Source: Phycisphaerae bacterium (GTDB lineage Bacteria > Planctomycetota > Phycisphaerae > UBA1845 > Fen-1342). Taken from it: a stretch of 64,000 nt of DNA. Location: NCBI GenBank assembly GCA_050115495.1, contig JASFQK010000024.1, positions 1 to 64,000 on the forward strand. Reading direction: 5' to 3'. How positions within the stretch are numbered: position 1 is the stretch's first letter; every line of letters begins with the position of its first letter. Under the pieces are notes generated by a model. It ran no database searches and was not told the origin of the DNA. It saw only the letters and a list, made by a program, of their open reading frames with translations. The position numbers and the translations under genes are program-made. Positions 61,308 to 64,000 of this stretch are shown here, piece by piece.

Positions 61308-63278
61308 ATGGTCAGCGACAGCCCCGAGAAGCCGGCAGGTTCCCGACCGGCGGCGTCGCCGGTGCTACCATCGCTCACGCAGCGGTACGCCCGCAACCTC
61401 GCGGCCCTGTACCGCAGCCATCCGGCACTGGCCCCGCAGATCGACGCCCTGCCCTTCTCCGCCTGCGTGCCGCTGGAGCCGACGCGCGACGGGCATTACA
61501 CGGTGCGACTGATCGCCGATGACGGCAAGCCGGTTTACGCCCACAGCCGGTACCGCCCGGTGGAAGAAGCCAGCCGCTTCGTCGAGGCCCAGCGTCGCGC
61601 CCCGGCGGAGGGCACGACTGAGGACGACCCGGGCAGCCGGACGTATTTCATCGCCGGCCTGGGACTGGGATATCACCTGGAGGAGTTCGAGCGGCAGGGT
61701 CAGCCGCGGCTGATCGTGGCGGAGGACGACCTGGCGCTGATCAAGGCGGCGCTGTGTGTCGCGGATCTGTCGAAGCCGCTGGCGGACGGGCGGCTGATGC
61801 TGCTGACGTCGGTGGACAAGGGGCTCTTCCACGCCACGCTGCGTCCGGTGAACGCCGACGTGCTGCTGGGGCTGCGATTCGTCACACCGCCGCAGGCGAC
61901 ACGCTATCACCTCGCGTTTCAGGCCGAGGCCCGGCGGCTGCTGATGGACTTCCTCGCCTTCGCCCGGCTGCAAATGGTGACGCTGCTGCGAAACGCGAGA
62001 ATCACGTGTCGCAACATCGCCTACAACCTCGGCGCGTACCTGGCCCGGCCGGGCGTCGAGGTGCTCGCCGGTCGCGGGGCGGGCTATCCGGCGATTCTCG
62101 TGGCGGCGGGGCCGTCGCTGGCGCGCAACGTCGAGCAGTTGGGCGCGCTGCGCGAGCGGGCCGTGATCGTCGCCGTGCAGACGGTGTACAAGGCGTTGCT
62201 GGCCCGTGGGATTCGGCCGCACTTCGTGACCAGCCTGGACTTCCATGAGATGTCGGCGCAGTTCTTCCGCGGGGCGGGCGATCCGGGCGACTGTATGCTC
62301 GTTGCCGAACCGAAGGCGACGTGGCATGTGCTCGATGCGTTCCCCGGGCGGACGCACGTGCTGAGCAACGAGTGGTACGCCGACGCCCTGCGCGAACGGG
62401 CCCCGCACCGGGCCGGTCTGCGGGCGGGCAGCACCGTGGCGCATCTGGCGTTCTACCTCGCCGAGCATCTGGGCTGCGATCCGATCATCCTCGTCGGGCA
62501 GGATCTGTCGTTCACCGAAGGGCTGTACTACCCGGCGGGCATGCCGATCGAGCAGGTCTGGGCGCCGGAGATGGGGCGCTTCGACACGATCGAGATGAAG
62601 CAGTGGGAGCGGATCGTGCGGATGCGGGCGTCGTTGCGCCTGGTCAAGGACATCCACGGGCGTGACGTGTACACGGACGACCAGATGTTCACCTACGCCG
62701 AGCAGTTCCAAAGCGATTTCGCCGGCTCGCGGGCCCGCATCATCCACGCCAGCGAAGGCGGCATGCGGCTGGCGGGGACCGAGGTCATGACGCTGCGCGA
62801 GGCGGCGGAGCGCTACTGCACGCGCCCCCTGCCGGCGGAGCTGTTCGCCGCCGGCGGCGAGCCGGCGCCGGTCACACCGCGTGAGCAAGCCGCGGCGGCG
62901 CTGGCCGAGCGTGCGGCGGAAGTCGCGAAGCTCAAGAAGATCGCGGTGGAGATGCGCGGCCTGCTGGAGAAGCTGGTCGGGCTACTCGATCGCCCGGATG
63001 AGTTCAACCGGGTCGTAGTGCGCGTGGACGACCTGCGCATGGAGATCCAGCAGTACGACCGCACGTACAAGATGGTCGTCGGCGTGTCGCAGGCGGCGGA
63101 GCTGCGGCGCTATTCGGCCGATCGGCGCATCGGCGAAAAGGAGCGCGAGACGCCAGAAACGGCCCGCCGGCGGCTGCTGCGCGACCGCGAGTTTGTCGAG
63201 GCGTTCATCGACGGCTGCACGTACCTGGCCGACCTGCTGCCCGAAGCCCTGGCCCGGCTGGAGAGGAAGCCCGCATGA
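61308..63278 (+). CDS. Motility-associated factor (Maf)/DUF115 glycosyltransferase-like protein
   Basis: HSRYRP..EA, GLGLGYH, AILVAAGPSL, GIRPHFV..LD, GSTVAH, IILVGQDL; start at 61308. Confidence 0.85.
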   Translation: MVSDSPEKPAGSRPAASPVLPSLTQRYARNLAALYRSHPALAPQIDALPFSACVPLEPTRDGHYTVRLIADDGKPVYAHSRYRPVEEASRFVEAQRRAPAEGTTEDDPGSRTYFIAGLGLGYHLEEFERQGQPRLIVAEDDLALIKAALCVADLSKPLADGRLMLLTSVDKGLFHATLRPVNADVLLGLRFVTPPQATRYHLAFQAEARRLLMDFLAFARLQMVTLLRNARITCRNIAYNLGAYLARPGVEVLAGRGAGYPAILVAAGPSLARNVEQLGALRERAVIVAVQTVYKALLARGIRPHFVTSLDFHEMSAQFFRGAGDPGDCMLVAEPKATWHVLDAFPGRTHVLSNEWYADALRERAPHRAGLRAGSTVAHLAFYLAEHLGCDPIILVGQDLSFTEGLYYPAGMPIEQVWAPEMGRFDTIEMKQWERIVRMRASLRLVKDIHGRDVYTDDQMFTYAEQFQSDFAGSRARIIHASEGGMRLAGTEVMTLREAAERYCTRPLPAELFAAGGEPAPVTPREQAAAALAERAAEVAKLKKIAVEMRGLLEKLVGLLDRPDEFNRVVVRVDDLRMEIQQYDRTYKMVVGVSQAAELRRYSADRRIGEKERETPETARRRLLRDREFVEAFIDGCTYLADLLPEALARLERKPA

Positions 63279-64000
63279 GAACCGTGGCGGCCGTCTTCGC
63301 CGACTTCGAGCAGACGTTCCTGGGCGGACCGAGCCAACTGCTAAGCGAGCTCGGTGGTGTGCCGATCCTGCGGCGGACGCTCGAACGCCTGCGGCAGGTG
63401 TCGGGGCTGGATGCACGGTGCCTGCTGGTGCGGCCGCGCGACCAGGCGGCGGCGGAGCGGGCGTTGCGTTCCTGGGAACTGACGGGAGCAATCGAGTTGT
63501 TGCCGCTCGATCGTGGCGTGCGGCCGCGGCAAGGGCTGCTGCGCTCGGCGCGGAAGTGGCTGCTCGACGGATGGCGCGGCAGTCCGCTGGGCACGACGTG
63601 GTTCGACGAATACCTCGACCTGGTGGGCGTGGCCCAGGTGCTCGACCATTACGAGTGTCACGCCGTGCTGGCCCTCGAAGGGCACATGCCGCTGCTCGAC
63701 GTCGAGCTCTGCGGGGCGATGGTCGGGCAAACAAGCGACTTCGAGGGTGAGGCGAAGATGATGTTCACGCAGGCTCCGCCCGGGCTGGCCGGCGTGATCC
63801 TGCATCGCGACCTCACCCGCGAGTTGCTCGAACAGGACATCCCGCTCGGGCTGCTGCTCACGTATCGCCCGGAGATTCCCCGGGGCGACCCGATCAACCA
63901 GCCGATCTGCACGCACGTTGCCGACGAGGTAGCTCACACGGCGATGCGGCTCACCGGTGACACCCGGCGTTCACGCGAGCTGCTTGCCGCCGCCATCGCG
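63275..64000 (+). CDS. Partial CDS, nucleotidyltransferase-fold (SpsF/cytidylyltransferase-like) N-terminus; runs off the window
   Basis: ATGA overlap with the Maf-like gene; MRTVAAVFAD...LGGVPILRRTLERL...; frame appears open to the window end. Confidence 0.6.
   Translation, partial: MRTVAAVFADFEQTFLGGPSQLLSELGGVPILRRTLERLRQVSGLDARCLLVRPRDQAAAERALRSWELTGAIELLPLDRGVRPRQGLLRSARKWLLDGWRGSPLGTTWFDEYLDLVGVAQVLDHYECHAVLALEGHMPLLDVELCGAMVGQTSDFEGEAKMMFTQAPPGLAGVILHRDLTRELLEQDIPLGLLLTYRPEIPRGDPINQPICTHVADEVAHTAMRLTGDTRRSRELLAAAIA

Overview
High-GC, mostly core-genome window. Gene content (DUF1559/H-X9-DG-type proteins, barrel-less secretin-N protein, PEP-CTERM proteins, lineage-style ribosomal protein insertions, mreBC without ftsZ in view) suggests a planctomycete, probably class Phycisphaerae (inference, not searched). 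It holds the S10-spc-alpha ribosomal superoperon on the minus strand (13.5-29.2 kb; no rpmD or infA, and not preceded by tuf), tRNA-Ala(CGC), mreB-mreC, phoH-7TM/HD-ybeY, purN-epimerase-lpxK, ispA-dxs-squalene synthase, aat, acetoacetate-CoA ligase, an ECF sigma/anti-sigma pair, a GAF sigma-54 activator, an orphan N6-DNA methyltransferase and several families of REP-like palindromes. No integrase, transposase, prophage or CRISPR array is visible. Best finding: a secreted PEP-CTERM gene (38372-39019, minus) with one in-frame UGA in a Cys-Gly-UGA context, followed by a hairpin matching the bacterial SECIS pattern, i.e. a candidate surface-sorted selenoprotein that the ORF track splits in two. 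Other leads: an MreC-like coiled-coil protein and an unannotated 57-aa membrane protein upstream of mreBC, an anti-sigma factor built on a pseudopilin/DUF1559 module, an IdeS/Mac-like PEP-CTERM cysteine protease, and tandem paralogous small proteins with long structured leaders. All calls are from motif recognition by eye; no database searches were run.
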